DNA of 57,049 nucleotides from NCBI GenBank assembly GCA_003344405.1, contig NOWV01000160.1:124001-181049 (forward strand), written 5' to 3'. The notes beneath the pieces were generated by a model. That model had not been told where the DNA came from. It searched no databases and saw only the letters and a list, made by a program, of their open reading frames with translations. The DNA comes from Trichoplax sp. H2 (lineage: Eukaryota). The first letter of the stretch is position 1. Each line of letters starts with the position of its first letter. Both the position numbers and the translations under genes were made by a program. Shown here in pieces: positions 13,427 through 30,215 of this stretch.

Positions 13427-15331
13427 TCAAGGTGCTACTGTGGTTAGAGTGGCATTTCTATATGCCCACTCAGGGAAATGTGACAGATTAAAAGCAGCGA
13501 TTCCCAAAGTATTCGTAATAGCTACCAAAATAAGTATTCCAATAAAATTCATCATTAATCCGGTTTTGACCATATCGATACTACGTACATATCCACTCGA
13601 GAAGGCAATGGCGTTAGGTGGTGTTGCAGCCGGCAGCATAAAAGCAAAGGAAGCTGCTACAGTTGTTGGTAACATAAAATAATAAGGATTAACATTCATA
13701 CTTTGCGCCAATTGGCCAACTAACGGTAGAAAGATGGTTGCTGTCGCGGTGTTGGACATAATTTCGGTAAGAAAGCAGATAATAATACAAATTAATAATT
13801 GGACTAAAAACGGAGCTAGACTAGAGAAGACATTCATTTGCTGGCCTAGCCAATTAGATAATCCAGATAATTCACATGCTTTAGCAAGGGCAAAACTACC
13901 ACCAAGTAAGAGGATAACATTCCATGATAAATTACGTTGTGTTACATCAAAAGTTAAAATTCTTCCTACACGTTTTGGAGGGTTAAAAAAGTTATATTTC
14001 CAAGGTGGTATATCAGGGATCATATGAAGAAGGAAGGCAATCAAGATAGCTGAAGTAGCATCGGAGACATAACCTTTGGGAAATAATGCTGCCCAACCGG
14101 GAATAAAACCTGGATTACGAGTTAACCAAAGAAGAACAAGTACTATACCCAAGATGCCAACAACCCATTCTTGGTAGGTCATTTTACCTAACTTTTTGTA
14201 CTCGATCTGTATTACTTTCCTAGCACTAGCTGTATCCCACGATCTATCCGGTCCTTCTTGCCTATAAACTCGATTGCAAGTGAAGAAACGAATGATACCT
14301 CTCCAACTGTGATCATCATAAGCGAAGAAAAATACTAGCCACAACCAGGCGACAAATAAGACAATGATCATCGTTGGGCATCCGTAGACAAACCATCTGG
14401 CAAAATCGATTTGTGGAGCTTTAGGATACATATCTGAAGCTATTCCACTTAACACTAAGTTAGGTGGAGTTCCTGTTAATGTCGCTATGCCACCAATATT
14501 AGCTGCGTAAGGAACACACAGAATTAAGCCCTTAACAACTTTATCAAACTTCTTTTTACTTAAGACAGGCTTATTTTCTCGATTAAACGTTATTGAGCCT
14601 TCATCATCGTTATTTGCTTCGCCCGAGGCTGCAACTTGTACGGTTAAATCGTTGGAATTACGTCGTAACAATTCTTTCTGTTTTATGGAAGTACCTGATT
14701 GAATCGCTTGGTCACCATCTTTATCCTCATTTTCTACTGTTGATTCGTTATTATCATCAGTACTGACATTTTTAGATAATTCACTAATGACGGCGGTTGC
14801 GATTGGTATCATCATTGCAGCAGTAGCTGAATTACTAATCCACATAGATAGAAATGCTGTGACAATCATAAAGCCCAAAAATAAAAAGTGCGGCTTTGCA
14901 CCTAGTAAGACTAAAACGTACAAAGCAATTCTTTTATGAAAATTAGTGTGCTCGATAGCTACTGCTACAGTTAATCCGCCTACAAATAGCCCAATGGTGT
15001 TATTAAAGTAATTGGGTACGACATCTTTCGATGGTAGTACTCCTAAGATCGGAAATAAAAATATCGGCAGTAAAGCTGTCACAGCTAACGGCACTAACTC
15101 CAAAACCCAAAAGGACGCGATAATAATAACTGCATACGCTGTGCTAGCAATTCGACTTTGTCCGACAATAGGCAAGGGCAACAATAAAATCGGTATAAGA
15201 ATAATTAAGACACTTTTACCGAATGCTAGATACCATTTCAAAAAAGCCTGGAGTTTAGTTAATCGGCGTCCTTTCTGATTTTCGATGGTTTCTTTACCAT
15301 TTATTTCCATATCAGTGTTGTTGTCAGCCAT
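13427..15331 (-). CDS. SLC13/DASS family Na+-coupled dicarboxylate/citrate/sulfate cotransporter (Indy-like), single coding exon
   Basis: 634-aa ORF with many TM segments and the motifs LSMWISNSATAAMMIPI, IGGIATLTGTPPNLV, TEIMSNTAT and FAFMLPAATPPNAI. Subfamily not assignable by eye. Confidence 0.95.
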   Translation of the reverse strand: MADNNTDMEINGKETIENQKGRRLTKLQAFLKWYLAFGKSVLIILIPILLLPLPIVGQSRIASTAYAVIIIASFWVLELVPLAVTALLPIFLFPILGVLPSKDVVPNYFNNTIGLFVGGLTVAVAIEHTNFHKRIALYVLVLLGAKPHFLFLGFMIVTAFLSMWISNSATAAMMIPIATAVISELSKNVSTDDNNESTVENEDKDGDQAIQSGTSIKQKELLRRNSNDLTVQVAASGEANNDDEGSITFNRENKPVLSKKKFDKVVKGLILCVPYAANIGGIATLTGTPPNLVLSGIASDMYPKAPQIDFARWFVYGCPTMIIVLFVAWLWLVFFFAYDDHSWRGIIRFFTCNRVYRQEGPDRSWDTASARKVIQIEYKKLGKMTYQEWVVGILGIVLVLLWLTRNPGFIPGWAALFPKGYVSDATSAILIAFLLHMIPDIPPWKYNFFNPPKRVGRILTFDVTQRNLSWNVILLLGGSFALAKACELSGLSNWLGQQMNVFSSLAPFLVQLLICIIICFLTEIMSNTATATIFLPLVGQLAQSMNVNPYYFMLPTTVAASFAFMLPAATPPNAIAFSSGYVRSIDMVKTGLMMNFIGILILVAITNTLGIAAFNLSHFPEWAYRNATLTTVAP

Positions 15332-18300
15332 CGTTCACCTTCATCGATGTATAATGAATAAATTCTATAATGGCCCGTATAAATAGGTTTGAAAAAAATT
15401 TTTTTGTTTACTTTCAAGCAGTATTTATTTAATGATTATATTAAATTATAATATGCTATTCAATACACAGCACACACAAACGATGACAGCAGAGCATTGA
15501 TCCTTATAAACTAGTATATACGAGTATACTAGTGCGTTCTTCCGTTGATATTAGCTTATTATTTTTTAACAATGTTAAAAAAAGGCAATGATTTCTCTCA
15601 AAGTACGATAATTACTGCGTACATATTACACGTATAAATGGTAATAAGAATTCGAGGTAGAGCTTGCCTTAGTCTCAAAGAGGGAAGAGTAACCTAGTAT
15701 AGCATTGACGCTGAATAAGAATTACTATTTGCACGTAATGAGATCATTTAGATTAGATATAGCTCTATGAAGTACATAAAATTAAAACCTGTTTGCATTG
15801 CTTTTTTTTTTTTTTTTCATTAGTAAGTTGCAAACGATAACAATCTCTGGAATATCATGGAATATAAGATTTACTGCTTGTAGTGCCTAGTATCAATTGC
15901 CAGTTTACTTTAATATATATGGCAATATGCTTACTATGCGATCGTGATATTTCTAAAGTACATAATGGAAAAAAATTCGATTTATGTGCATAATGTCAAG
16001 GTCATAATCTCTGCTATAGACAATTGTACATACATTAGATCATGGGTACTTTAATTAAGATCAATTCTAATTATCATTGTTACCTTATACTGCATGGTTT
16101 GTATACGAAAGATTCCTGTATGATTTTATTTTATGCAATGATAGGTAAATAACGTATCGGGCATGATTTAATGGGTATCTTTCTTAAATAACAATAAAGA
16201 AAGCATAAGCTCATCTATGGACAACTAATACTTGCTAGTTATGTGTTTACATTTATTGTCAATGACTATATAACAGCATTGCTGTTATTGGATACAGTTG
16301 GTTGAATTGTTATTCAACTTTCTTCAATCATTTAAACTACGATAGTATGTAAAACACTCTAGATTTGTACTACGCCTACCCTCGTTCAACACGTTGCATT
16401 GCAGATTAACGTAAAAATGTTCTGTAACTGCAGAATCGCTGAGATAACATAACATTGTCATGTAATTCGTAGAAATTCTATCGACATCTAGCAAACCGTT
16501 GGCAATTTACTATGCTTGATTTTGTAAAGGCGTGAGAATAATTTCAAACATATCGATGTCTTGCAACAAGTTTGAGGACATTGGGATCAAAAACACGCAG
16601 TCAATAATGCTCAGAAGTCATTATTCCAATAAACTACCAGATGTCAACACATTGAATCCTAATTAGCTTTGCAACATGATTAATGCTTAAAGACAGATAG
16701 CGTACTGTTCGTCTTACATAATAATTTATATTAATTATCATTCAAATGTTCTACCGGTAGCATTTCCTATAACATTTCATCGCGCTGTTTCAAGATTAAA
16801 ATTTTTATCTCATCAAACTCAATATATTACTGGAATGATTATATCTATTCTATTCTAGTAATTTCAATTATTTTTTATTTGTTGCCATTTTGGTAAAACT
16901 GCAAGTATGGTTTAACGTTGAGCTGGCAAAAATATCATCCGCATTTTTAATTTTTTATTATTTTTATCACGGAACTTTAACTGTGGTCTATATCAGTAAT
17001 AAGTATTAATTAAGGAACCGTCAGGAAATTTGTTTATTTTAAAAATTGATTTGATGCAGTTGAAATTGTACTCTGCAAACTACATAGTAGACTAGCTAAA
17101 AAGGCATTGCAGAATGCAAATAACGATGACCTCTATGTGCACATGATTGCACCTCTCCACATGTCATGTTTGCTTAATTTGCACAAAGTAATTTGCATCC
17201 AATGGAGATGATCTCGCTTGTTGCAAGGATCCCATAGAGTAAGTTATGTTTTAAATAATGTACTCAGGTATGGGAACTTGACGAGCACGTTTTTTTGTTA
17301 GCTTTCAGTTAGATGGAAGATCGCGTACATCCTAAGTGCCATACAAAGTTGCGTCTTGTCTTCGAGATTATTCTGTCAAATACTCGTATAGTAATGTTCT
17401 CAATTCGTCTAGAATGCGGTGGCATACTGTACTTGCACGTAGTAGCACCTTTTCATGGGTGCTCATTTACAGTTTCACAAGGTCTTGACTTTTATTTTTT
17501 ATTCTATGAATTGGAGAATAAATGATAAATGATTAAATGCAAATCATTTCCATTGAATATGAGCTCAATATACTTTCAGTAAATAAATATTATTATGGGA
17601 ATTACTGTTGTTACTATTATTTATTATATGCTCATTTTTGGTAAGGCACGAGAGCTCCTTAACCGAAAATTATTGTGTTATTAATAACAGGATCGTTTCG
17701 AGAAATAACAGTATATCGATACCGATGGAGGAAGTACTAGAAATGTTTCTGTTTGTTGTATAGGCGCCGAAAGGACAACAGACATATGTACGTATTTGTT
17801 TAATCAATGCTGCATAGTAGCAAGCCTGAAGACCGTTCCTATTGCAGATACTGAATGATTTTCCGTAAGTGGTAAAAGTATGCTACCCTTTAGAATAATA
17901 CTAAATATACTAAGCGAGTAAGTAATGAGACAACTCACTCTGTTATATGAATTATTTAATTTAAACTATTTTATAATTTTATTGGCATAAAGAAGTACTG
18001 CTATCTAGCGGTAGATATGCGTAATTTACTGTCCCAAAGACTTTGTTCTCAATCATGCACTTCTTGTCTCACGAAGTGTTTGATAATTCGGGCAATGTGC
18101 CGCAAGTGAGAGAATTAAAGTTTGGTGAAATGCTATTCCGTTGTCTACAGTACAGTATTATAAACTTCTATAATAAATTTATTTATCCGATTTTGACGAT
18201 GAACAGTAAGAAAGAGATACGGTTTCACTACAAATTAATCACAAGCAAGTATTACTACTCCCCTAGTACTATGACGGATTGCCGGCGTGGATGATTTCAT

Positions 18301-19192
18301 CACTGGATAAAACGACAATAAAAAGCGTACAAAATCGTAGCCAAATGAGAAGGGAAATAGTAAAATGGACTACGTATGAGTAGGCAGGATGGATGCCACT
18401 TGTCACAACAGATTGGCCAACCTTTCTAACTGAGAGCCATTTTCTCATTTTTGGAGTACGATAGTTGATATTACAGGATCTCCATTCCAATACTAATACA
18501 GCCACCAGCTATTCCAGTTTACTGTACGTACATTACTGAACTGCAGATACTGATTACTGTATATATATATATACACTAGTAAGTACAGCCTGAACAAATT
18601 TCCCGTGCCACCGTCATTACTATACTATATTAATAAATTTAATTCAATCCGATATTCAATAATAAATAAAATATAATCGCCCATTAAAGTAATTCACAGA
18701 GAGAGCTGGAAGTCCATGCCAGTGTTGACAGTGAATTGCGACAGTGGCACTAAGGTGCATGCGTAAACATGGTGTTTCGGTGTGAGTCAGTTTTGGTATG
18801 GATGTACGCGAAGGTAGACTGATCACCCTTGGACGGACAGACATTTTCGGCTTCATTTCGTCCAAATATTGTTCAAACACTTCATTATGACAGTACTTTA
18901 GTATACAGACGATCGATTTTAAATCGACTGATTTTTTCCTAAATTAATAGTAAGTAATATTACGTTCAATCTTACCGTCCGTTACTAAATTCTGCTTGGA
19001 AATAGAAATGGTTATATAAGGTCATAGATGTTATTTAAATTTGTACCAATGATTTCGAAAACAGACACAGAAGGTCCATTCTAAGTCAACTGCTACGTAG
19101 CCATTTTTCGACGTTTACGGCCTTATTGAAGTTAAAAAGTCCGTCTCTCTGGTTATCCGCGCGGAACAATCTTGATTACAGTATTTTCTGCT

Positions 19193-19600
19193 CGTACAGT
19201 ACATAGTGTACTGTACTGTACTGTACTGTACAGTATATTGTACTGTATTGTACTGTACTGTATAAAGACCACGATTACAGGGGCGTGGCGAGCCCTCGAA
19301 AATGGTTGAAAGATGTTCAGCTGTAATGTGGCCTTAAATTCTATCTTTAAATTGTGAAGAAATGGACTTTCAATTAGGCTCCAATTCCATGCAGACAGAT
19401 AAATACAACCTCGAGCAATTGGCTCGTGACATTTTGATTACTTTTTATGGCAGTATTGAATAATTGTATTTCTTTCAAGTTTCGAATACAAACTATCAGT
19501 CGCTGTTGCATGTTCGGTCGCTCCATCCATTTTACAATTCACGTTGTAATACCGCTTGATGTACAGTACATTGTACAGTAGTGTACAGTACAGTACTGTA
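19193..19600. promoter_or_regulatory. Putative MAD2L2 promoter with (GTACT)n/TACAGTA clusters and a GC box
   Basis: Dense TACTGTA/TACAGTA runs at 19193-19263 and 19559-19600, and GGGGCGTGGC (Sp/KLF-like) at 19280-19289, 200-600 bp upstream of the ATG. Confidence 0.4.
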
Positions 19601-19821
19601 GATACAGCTAGAGATTCTGCAGGGAATTCTCCACACTGCAGTAAAACATTTTTACGTGATTCTGGGTTGCCTTGTGTGTGTGTTCTCTAACTTCTCTTAT
19701 TATCGAAATGGCTTAATTATATAACCGGTGGCACTGGGATTATTCATCACTGAACGTGATCTTGTTCTTATAGTACTCCATATTCAAAGATTGATGCCAA
19801 AAAGCTTGAGTGCGTTCAGAA

Positions 19822-20469
19822 ATGGCAACGAACAGCAGTCAACAAAAGCTGGATACGAGCGAAATCATCTCCGACATCTTGTGTGAATTTTTAGAAGTTG
19901 CAATCCATACAATTTTATATATGCGTGATATCTATCCTGCTGTCATTTTCGATAAACGAAAAAAATACAATGTACCAGTTCAAATGTCTTGCCATCCTCA
20001 GGTCAACGAATACATTTTATCTGTTTTGCACAGTATTAAGCCATTGTTGAAATCGGATTCTATCCGCTGCCTTGCCTTAGTCATTTTAGATAAGTCCAAA
20101 CGACCAATAGAACGATTTGTATTTGAACTGCAACCTCAAATGGCGTCCAATTTGAAAGATGATGCTTTATTGACACGTTTAGAAAGTGGATTAAGAGCTT
20201 TCTTATTAAAACTGAACGTCTGTGATGCGGTCTTAAGCACTAACCCCGCTGATTGTTCCTTTGCAATTATTGTTTACACCAAAGAATCCGATGCTCGAAA
20301 ATTAGAGCCTCGCCAAACGAGTGACCAAGATTTTCCCTGGATTGTTGCTGATGAAAGTGAAGTCCAGATTAAGGGTGGCTGCATCCTACCTTTGAAATCT
20401 TATACCTCTGATTACTTAAAGATGCAGTTATACGTCGAGGAATGCACAAACAAGTTGGAACAGCAATAA
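19822..20469 (+). CDS. MAD2L2: MAD2L2/REV7 HORMA-domain protein (Pol zeta subunit), single coding exon
   Basis: SDILCEFLEVAIHTILYMRDIYP, KKYNVPVQMSCHPQVNEYI, RPIERFVFE, DFPWIVADE and LKMQLYVEE closely match REV7. ATG at 19822. Confidence 0.95.
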   Translation: MATNSSQQKLDTSEIISDILCEFLEVAIHTILYMRDIYPAVIFDKRKKYNVPVQMSCHPQVNEYILSVLHSIKPLLKSDSIRCLALVILDKSKRPIERFVFELQPQMASNLKDDALLTRLESGLRAFLLKLNVCDAVLSTNPADCSFAIIVYTKESDARKLEPRQTSDQDFPWIVADESEVQIKGGCILPLKSYTSDYLKMQLYVEECTNKLEQQ

Positions 20470-22627
20470 AGTTTATTTTACGTTGGAATTCAGTGGTGCT
20501 TATCATGTCCAAGTCGCAAAATCATTACAGTACTATACAATAGATTTATCTACATCAATAGATGATTATCGATTATGCGAAGTTCTACAATACAATATAA
20601 AGAAACGGATCTATTAGTGTAATTATGAAACTGCACTGTATATGCGATTGAGAAGGTAGCAGCATTGTATTACAACGGTTATAAAGCTAGAGAAAATTAA
20701 TTTCGATATTGGCTTAATCCACTAGTGAACTAATTTATTGCTGTAAAAGAATTAATAATATCGCTTAACTAAACAGTATTATATTTATCTTGACTTATGC
20801 CTAATTGGCATGATTACAACTTATATATTCTTGTACAGTACAAAAAAATGATTTACTCCGCAAAATTTTAAACCGTATATCTGAACACATAAAATGTCGC
20901 TGTAATGGAAAAAATGTTTGTCCATCTTCATTTTAAATTAAATTATCGATAGTCTTTCAAGTACTTACAATCAATACACTTCGTAGTTAAAGACTTCAAG
21001 CAATTTCGCTACAACTATCCAAACCTTCTATGAATTCGTAATTACCTACAAATACAGTGGAAATCTACCTGCAATATGAATCATGTTAATAAATTTATGA
21101 ATTGACAGTAACAAATCTGTTATAGTTGGAACTATTATTAATTAGAAACCCTAACCTGATAATTCATATAAAAAATTAGTTCCTTACAACACACTCGTAT
21201 AAGTTACTGAATGGATATACAGTGCGTACGGGTATATCATACAAGTATTTACTACTCAAATATTACTTAATGTGATGTTCTTGATGTATATAAGAAACAG
21301 GTACTCTTGAAAGCATTTAAGCATCACCCGCTAGTCTTGAAAACAAGCAGAAAGTTTTCCCTTGATCAGTACAGTAGCTATTTTGTGATGCATTCCAAGA
21401 TTTTATACACGTACGTCAAATACTGTATTTCTGCTACAATTTGACGATGTTTACCGTATTAGACTTCCAAGACAACAAATCATTATTGGAACAAGCCGAT
21501 ATTATTAGTAGAGTTGTCTATGAGTCGACCAAAAACGCTCAAACACCACAAAATACTCTCTTAAGCACTCGAGTGAAAAATGATATTCAACATTTTATTA
21601 ATAATCGCGGCAATAGAAACTACGGTACATAACGCGTATATCCAAAAAAGTAAAAAACATTCTTTCACAATTCTCGTAAATTGTACTGCATTGTGTGTCG
21701 TAGTTTATCAATACCTCAAGAGTAAATACGTTGAAAATTCATCAAAACAGTCACGATGTATGTACAAAAAATGCAAAAATTATGTGCTCCTCCATTGTTA
21801 CGTACAGTCACAGAATAATATTCTTAAAAAAACCTGTGAAATATTTGTTATACACTCAATATTTCATCAATCCGATGTAGTACACAAAGTAACAAGGTAA
21901 TAAATACAAATTTAAAACATTCGGCCAAGCAATATAAAACTGATGTCTCTCAATCCTATAAATTAAAAGTAGGGTGGCTAAAACCACTTCGAAGTTATAA
22001 AAGTATCCTTTATTACAATTTAGACGTTATATATTTTTAAGCAAATAGTAGAACCTTGTTTCACAAGCAAAAAGTCTTTGAATTTGATCTTTCAGAATAA
22101 TAAAACAAAATAATCGGGAAGTATTTACTACATACATATTATAACAGGAAATAAATGCAACTGCCAAAATACCGACTTAATATCGTTCATCTATTGTAAT
22201 GTATAACATGACCACCACAATCATAGCGCAGTGCATATCATATATCATTGCGCTATACAGGAATTATCATCATGCTAAAATATGCAATTAATAAACAAAA
22301 AAAAGTCCCATTTACACAATCTTTGAATGAATAACATACACCCAAATAATTTAAAAGATAAAATCGTACAGTAGTAAAACAATTTAATATATTTTTTTCT
22401 TCCATAACAGTCGCACATGACGGAAAATATTGGCATGAATTAAGAAATTCTCTACTGAAACGACTTCATCGATGATCTATGTATAGGTTCTAGAATAGAT
22501 AACTTGCATGACCATTGGCCAATATACAAAATAATATCTACTTTCGCGATATTTTATATCCAAGTAGGATCCAACATTTAGTGTCTAAAGTAAAAGCCAC
22601 ATAAGCCATCAATGGAAAAGTGCATAA

Positions 22628-25636
<3,009 letters not shown>

Positions 25637-28600
25637 CTAGACTTTCTTTTATCCCCTAGAAAACAATTGAATACAAATAGCAATGTAAGAGAATATTACA
25701 TAAAACTATGGAGGGTAATTTCTTTCAATGATATTCAAAATTTTGAGATTATACCATACAAGATCTTATTAATCCTAATAGTTTTATTCATCGTAAATAT
25801 TCATCCAATTTAATGTGGTAATATATCTGTGATTAAAAATACGGCCCCCGCTAAGATTATTAAATAATTTATGAAACCAGCCGACAGAAATGATTCCTTT
25901 AACCAACAAATTATCCATGCGGTAGTCATAAAATGATCATTTTTGCCCCCCCCCCAAAAAAATACCTTTTCAAAACAATTTCAACCGCGTTATTGTTTGC
26001 ATTATCACCCTCTTCTATCAGTTATAAAAATTAGTAATTCAGATTGTTTAGGATATGGTAGCCCGCTAATAATTAATAAAAAAAAGGTGTCAAATCGAAG
26101 TCTATCATTACAATCGATATATAGAGCAATAACTAAATTAAAAGCAAGTGCTGGTGCCTACAATACCATTTCATTAAAAGTTGGACAATCCCTAAAACTT
26201 TCATGATATCTTGATTATACGAATAAGTTCAGGTAATCAAATCACGTTAACATTCTGTTGAGCAATAATTATACACTACATACTAGAATATTTGGGATCA
26301 TAAAAGGTAAAAGGGAAAATGTACAGATTACGCCGGCTCCACGACTTTCATCGTGAATCAATAAAATAGATTTGATAAGAAGAACACTCCAAAGTATCTT
26401 TTTCTATCCGCTTTTAGATGCAATTTTAGCCCTTCCATAAAACTCATTGTCTCGTTAAAATCAATAAAGTCCAATCTGTCTGGAAGGGCTGCTTGATCTT
26501 GTTGTACATTTAATATTTAGAAAAGTATCTGCTCATGTAATTGATTGATTATAAAAGTAAGGCACCAAAGTCATTGAAAAATCAATGAGCCTAATCACTT
26601 TGATATCACCGAGTTGGTGATTACCGTAGGATAACAATTGCTGGTATTGCAAAATCTATAAATCCAAAGTTGATATCAAATTTCGGAAATTCAGCTGGAA
26701 TGCGAAGAAAAATTTTAACGAGAAAATTGATGCAATGTAATCTCCAATAATTCGATCAAACATTTATAGAAAAATCTCTAGAGAAAACAAAAGCTTGACT
26801 TGATCTTGTAAGATTATGACTGTAGCCTAAACATTACATCGAAATCAAAATACACTTAATCGATAGAAGATTTAGCTTTACATCAATCCATTCATCAACA
26901 GACACAAATATGCTGATAGCTTAAAATAATGATCATTTTCTGTACAGTGTGTGCGTCGTGACTCAAAATGTTTCTCTCGGACTATCAAACTACCTATTTA
27001 GGGAATGAACCTGGAGATTATAACTACTGTACTTGAATACCAAGCCTCATACTGAGACAACAACGACAGTCTTTCATAGTTATGAATAATATAATTAATT
27101 GCAATTCGTACAAGTAAGCGTAGAATATCCACGCCAATATTACACACAGTAGTACAAAAAAATTGTAGAAAACTGCAATTAGAGCCAGAAATTACTGTAC
27201 AGAGCGAAAATTTGCTAGTTCATCAAATACAAAGCCAATATCATTCTGTATGTAATTAATTTCTAAGCTTGATTCTTCTATATGGTGTTGGAGTTTAAAT
27301 CGGTAGTACCTAATGGAATGCCTGCTATCGAAGGGAAATGAAAATACTATTGGATAACTAACTAATCAACGGAATCCATAAAAAGTTAAGCTAAGCGCTA
27401 CAATGAGCTGGTAATATTTCTTTAACAGTTAATAAATGACTTTTACAAAGTATAATACAGTAGCTTACACGCTGAGGGAAGTATACTATTTGACTGTAGC
27501 CGATCCGATCTGAGAAATCCAATTTCAAAATAACGAAATCACTTGGCAATAATTGCTTTAAAAAATTATTATTGATACTTTTGGTTTTAACTTAAGAGTG
27601 TACTAGCGGTACAAAAGAATTTCATACCTTTTAACGAATACGATGCCGGTTTAATTTAGCACTAACTTACTGTAGAGAGAGCTGAATTCGTCTTAATAGG
27701 TTAATTAATCGGAGAAAAGGCCTTAACAAGTAACTGTCAGGATTACGTAAAGCATAGGGCACAGTTTTTTTTACTTTTGCTAACGACGTATATGAAATTT
27801 GGCAAAGAACTAGCATATATCGACCAAGTTTCTTTTTTTTTAGAACAGTCAATGTAGGGTTGAAACAATATATAGGTACTGCATCGGCTGAAGGGTATTC
27901 TTTCTTTTTTTATGGACATTAGCTACTCCAATTGAAGACAAGGTAAATTATATAGGTGAATAGTTCATTCTAATGTTATTGGTAGTCTATAAGGTAATGT
28001 TAAAGCCATTGTGCTAGCTTGCATTAGCCACACAACGTCTTTGGAAAATGTCCAATTTTCACCCATGCTATTGCTTTTCCTTGTGCAAAATGTAGCCCAA
28101 ACTACTTGGTGATGTTCAAAATAGTCGAAAAAAGTCAGAAAAGAACTCCTATGCACCCTACTATGCCACGACCAAGATATAAATTACAATTCATTAATGA
28201 CAATGGTCATTGACGAAGGGAGAGGAAAAAGAAAAAAAAGCAAGATGTCGACGAAAATCACAAGGCCTTTTTCATGGAGGCACCACATTGATTAGCGTCA
28301 TGGAATCATGCCATCAGCAGTGAAATCTTTATCGCTATCAGTGATGAAAATGACTATTTATACAGTATTACCTTAACAAGGGGTGAAAAAGCCCTTGTAA
28401 TCAATAGCCAAAATTAGTTATTAAAATGAGCAGGCACTTACGAAAAGAAGAAAAAAGAAATGGTGGAGATGGTTGAGAGAAGAGGAAAAACTTGGTATTG
28501 ATTGACACTCATTAATTATCCAAATTCAAGCGCTTCCTTGAATACTGAAACTAAGACTACCAGTGTGAATAGAGTAGAGTGGAAAAAGTAAACTAATCCA

Positions 28601-29934
28601 TCGCCATTCTTTCTTTCTTGCCTATCAATTATGATGATTGATGGATAGTGCAATTGCAATTTGTGAATCTTTTCCAACCATTGGCAAGATTGATTTCACT
28701 GAGAAAAATTCACTGGGAGATGAAAATGGACAAGAAAGCAAAACGATCGAGAATATGGTAGAGAACTGGCTTGACCTGTACGGAGTGACCCATCGACTGA
28801 CTCCATACTGTGTCATCTATTTCGGGTCGACACTAGCGCATGCGGGAGACGCCATGTTGGATTGTCATCCAGTAGCAAGCGTCACGCTGTAGCGTCGATG
28901 TTGTCATTGTTATCAGCGTAAACGGTCTAAGTACAGTACGGGTGGAGACGCATTGCGACATAGTACAGAGATTAATATGGCAGCGCAAGGTAGCAAAAGG
29001 TCGATTGGACTTGAATGGGAAACTGCATGCAGAGACGATGGATTGAATCATGATGGAAATTAGAAATGGAATGTATTCAAGTCAAGGAAAAGAGACCCAT
29101 TCAACTATTCATTACTCATGCATGTATCGGAATGAATTTACTAACTGGTGTCAAAATAATATCAAGGTAGTGAAGAGTGTGATGAAGGAGACGGAAATGA
29201 AAAAGTAGCAACAATTTCATGGATAACATCGCCTACAGCATTGCATCATTTGGACATTCCACTTTCATTTACCTTCAACTGGTCAATGATTGCTAGCAGA
29301 TTCTGTAATTTTAGCTAACCAACAACCAATAATATTACTTGATGATTGAAAATGGATAGCATAGTCATTGATTCATTGCAATATGAGAAGGGATAGAACC
29401 AAAATAGTGCTGGTAAAATGGAGAAAAATAATAAACCCGCGCAGATTTCGAAAATCAACGGAAGCACATGAGCAACGCGCCAAATGGTAACCAAGCCCCA
29501 AAAAATAGAAATTCAAATGATACCAATACGTGCACGTCTCCGACCACCAGTAGAAATTCAATCACTGTAAAGCCTTTTCGATCATCAATCCACGTAGGCA
29601 AGATAGTGATCAAAGTGTGACCAGAAATCAGTCGATCCGGCGTCCAACCATTGAATGGGGGGGGAATCAATCGTAATGCTAGAATGATTTTTTTTTTCGC
29701 TTTTGTTGTCTCACCACAACAAATGGAATTTTTGAAAGCAGACGTTTTTAGATGTGATGATCGGTAGTGAATGGTGCTTGCACTTGCAATACTGTTGAAT
29801 AGACGCGCTCCACACTGCAATCCAGTGTGGCTCGATCGCCCTCATTCAACTCATGCATTATTATCATTGTAGTTGACTTTGGGTACCCGACTACCGGGTG
29901 AGAGGGGTAGAATTTTCAGTCAGTATTCCCTGCT

Positions 29935-30215
29935 ACCGTACCGTACTGGACAAAGTCAGCTCGGTACAATACCGTGCTTGTGTCCAGGACTTTACAGTAC
30001 TGTACATTGTACAGTACAGTACAATAGGGTGACGTACTGTAGCTTACCAAGTCAATGTGGTACAATACTGTGCTAGTGTGCAGGACTTTACAGTACTGTA
30101 CTGTAGTGCACCAAAGTCAACGCGGTACCTTGCTTGTGTTCCACACTTTACAGTCCATTGTACAGTGTACTGTACTGCATGTACTGTAGAGGGTATACAG
30201 TACTGTACTGTACCT
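29935..30215. repeat. Three degenerate 45-55-bp direct repeats within a TACTGTA/TACAGTA cluster (putative DYRK1 promoter region)
   Basis: CAAAGTCA..GGTAC..TGCTTGTGT..ACTTTACAGT at about 29951, 30047 and 30112. Confidence 0.65.

Noticed and set aside
13368-15278. Plus-strand ORFs overlapping SLC13, and similar antisense ORFs over DYRK1 and FBL
   Set aside because: Shadow frames of real coding sequence.
18240-18900. Short minus-strand ORFs, a SECIS-like stem and a lone C box upstream of MAD2L2
   Set aside because: No recognisable protein motifs, a weak helix, no matching D box, and no in-frame TGA gene found.
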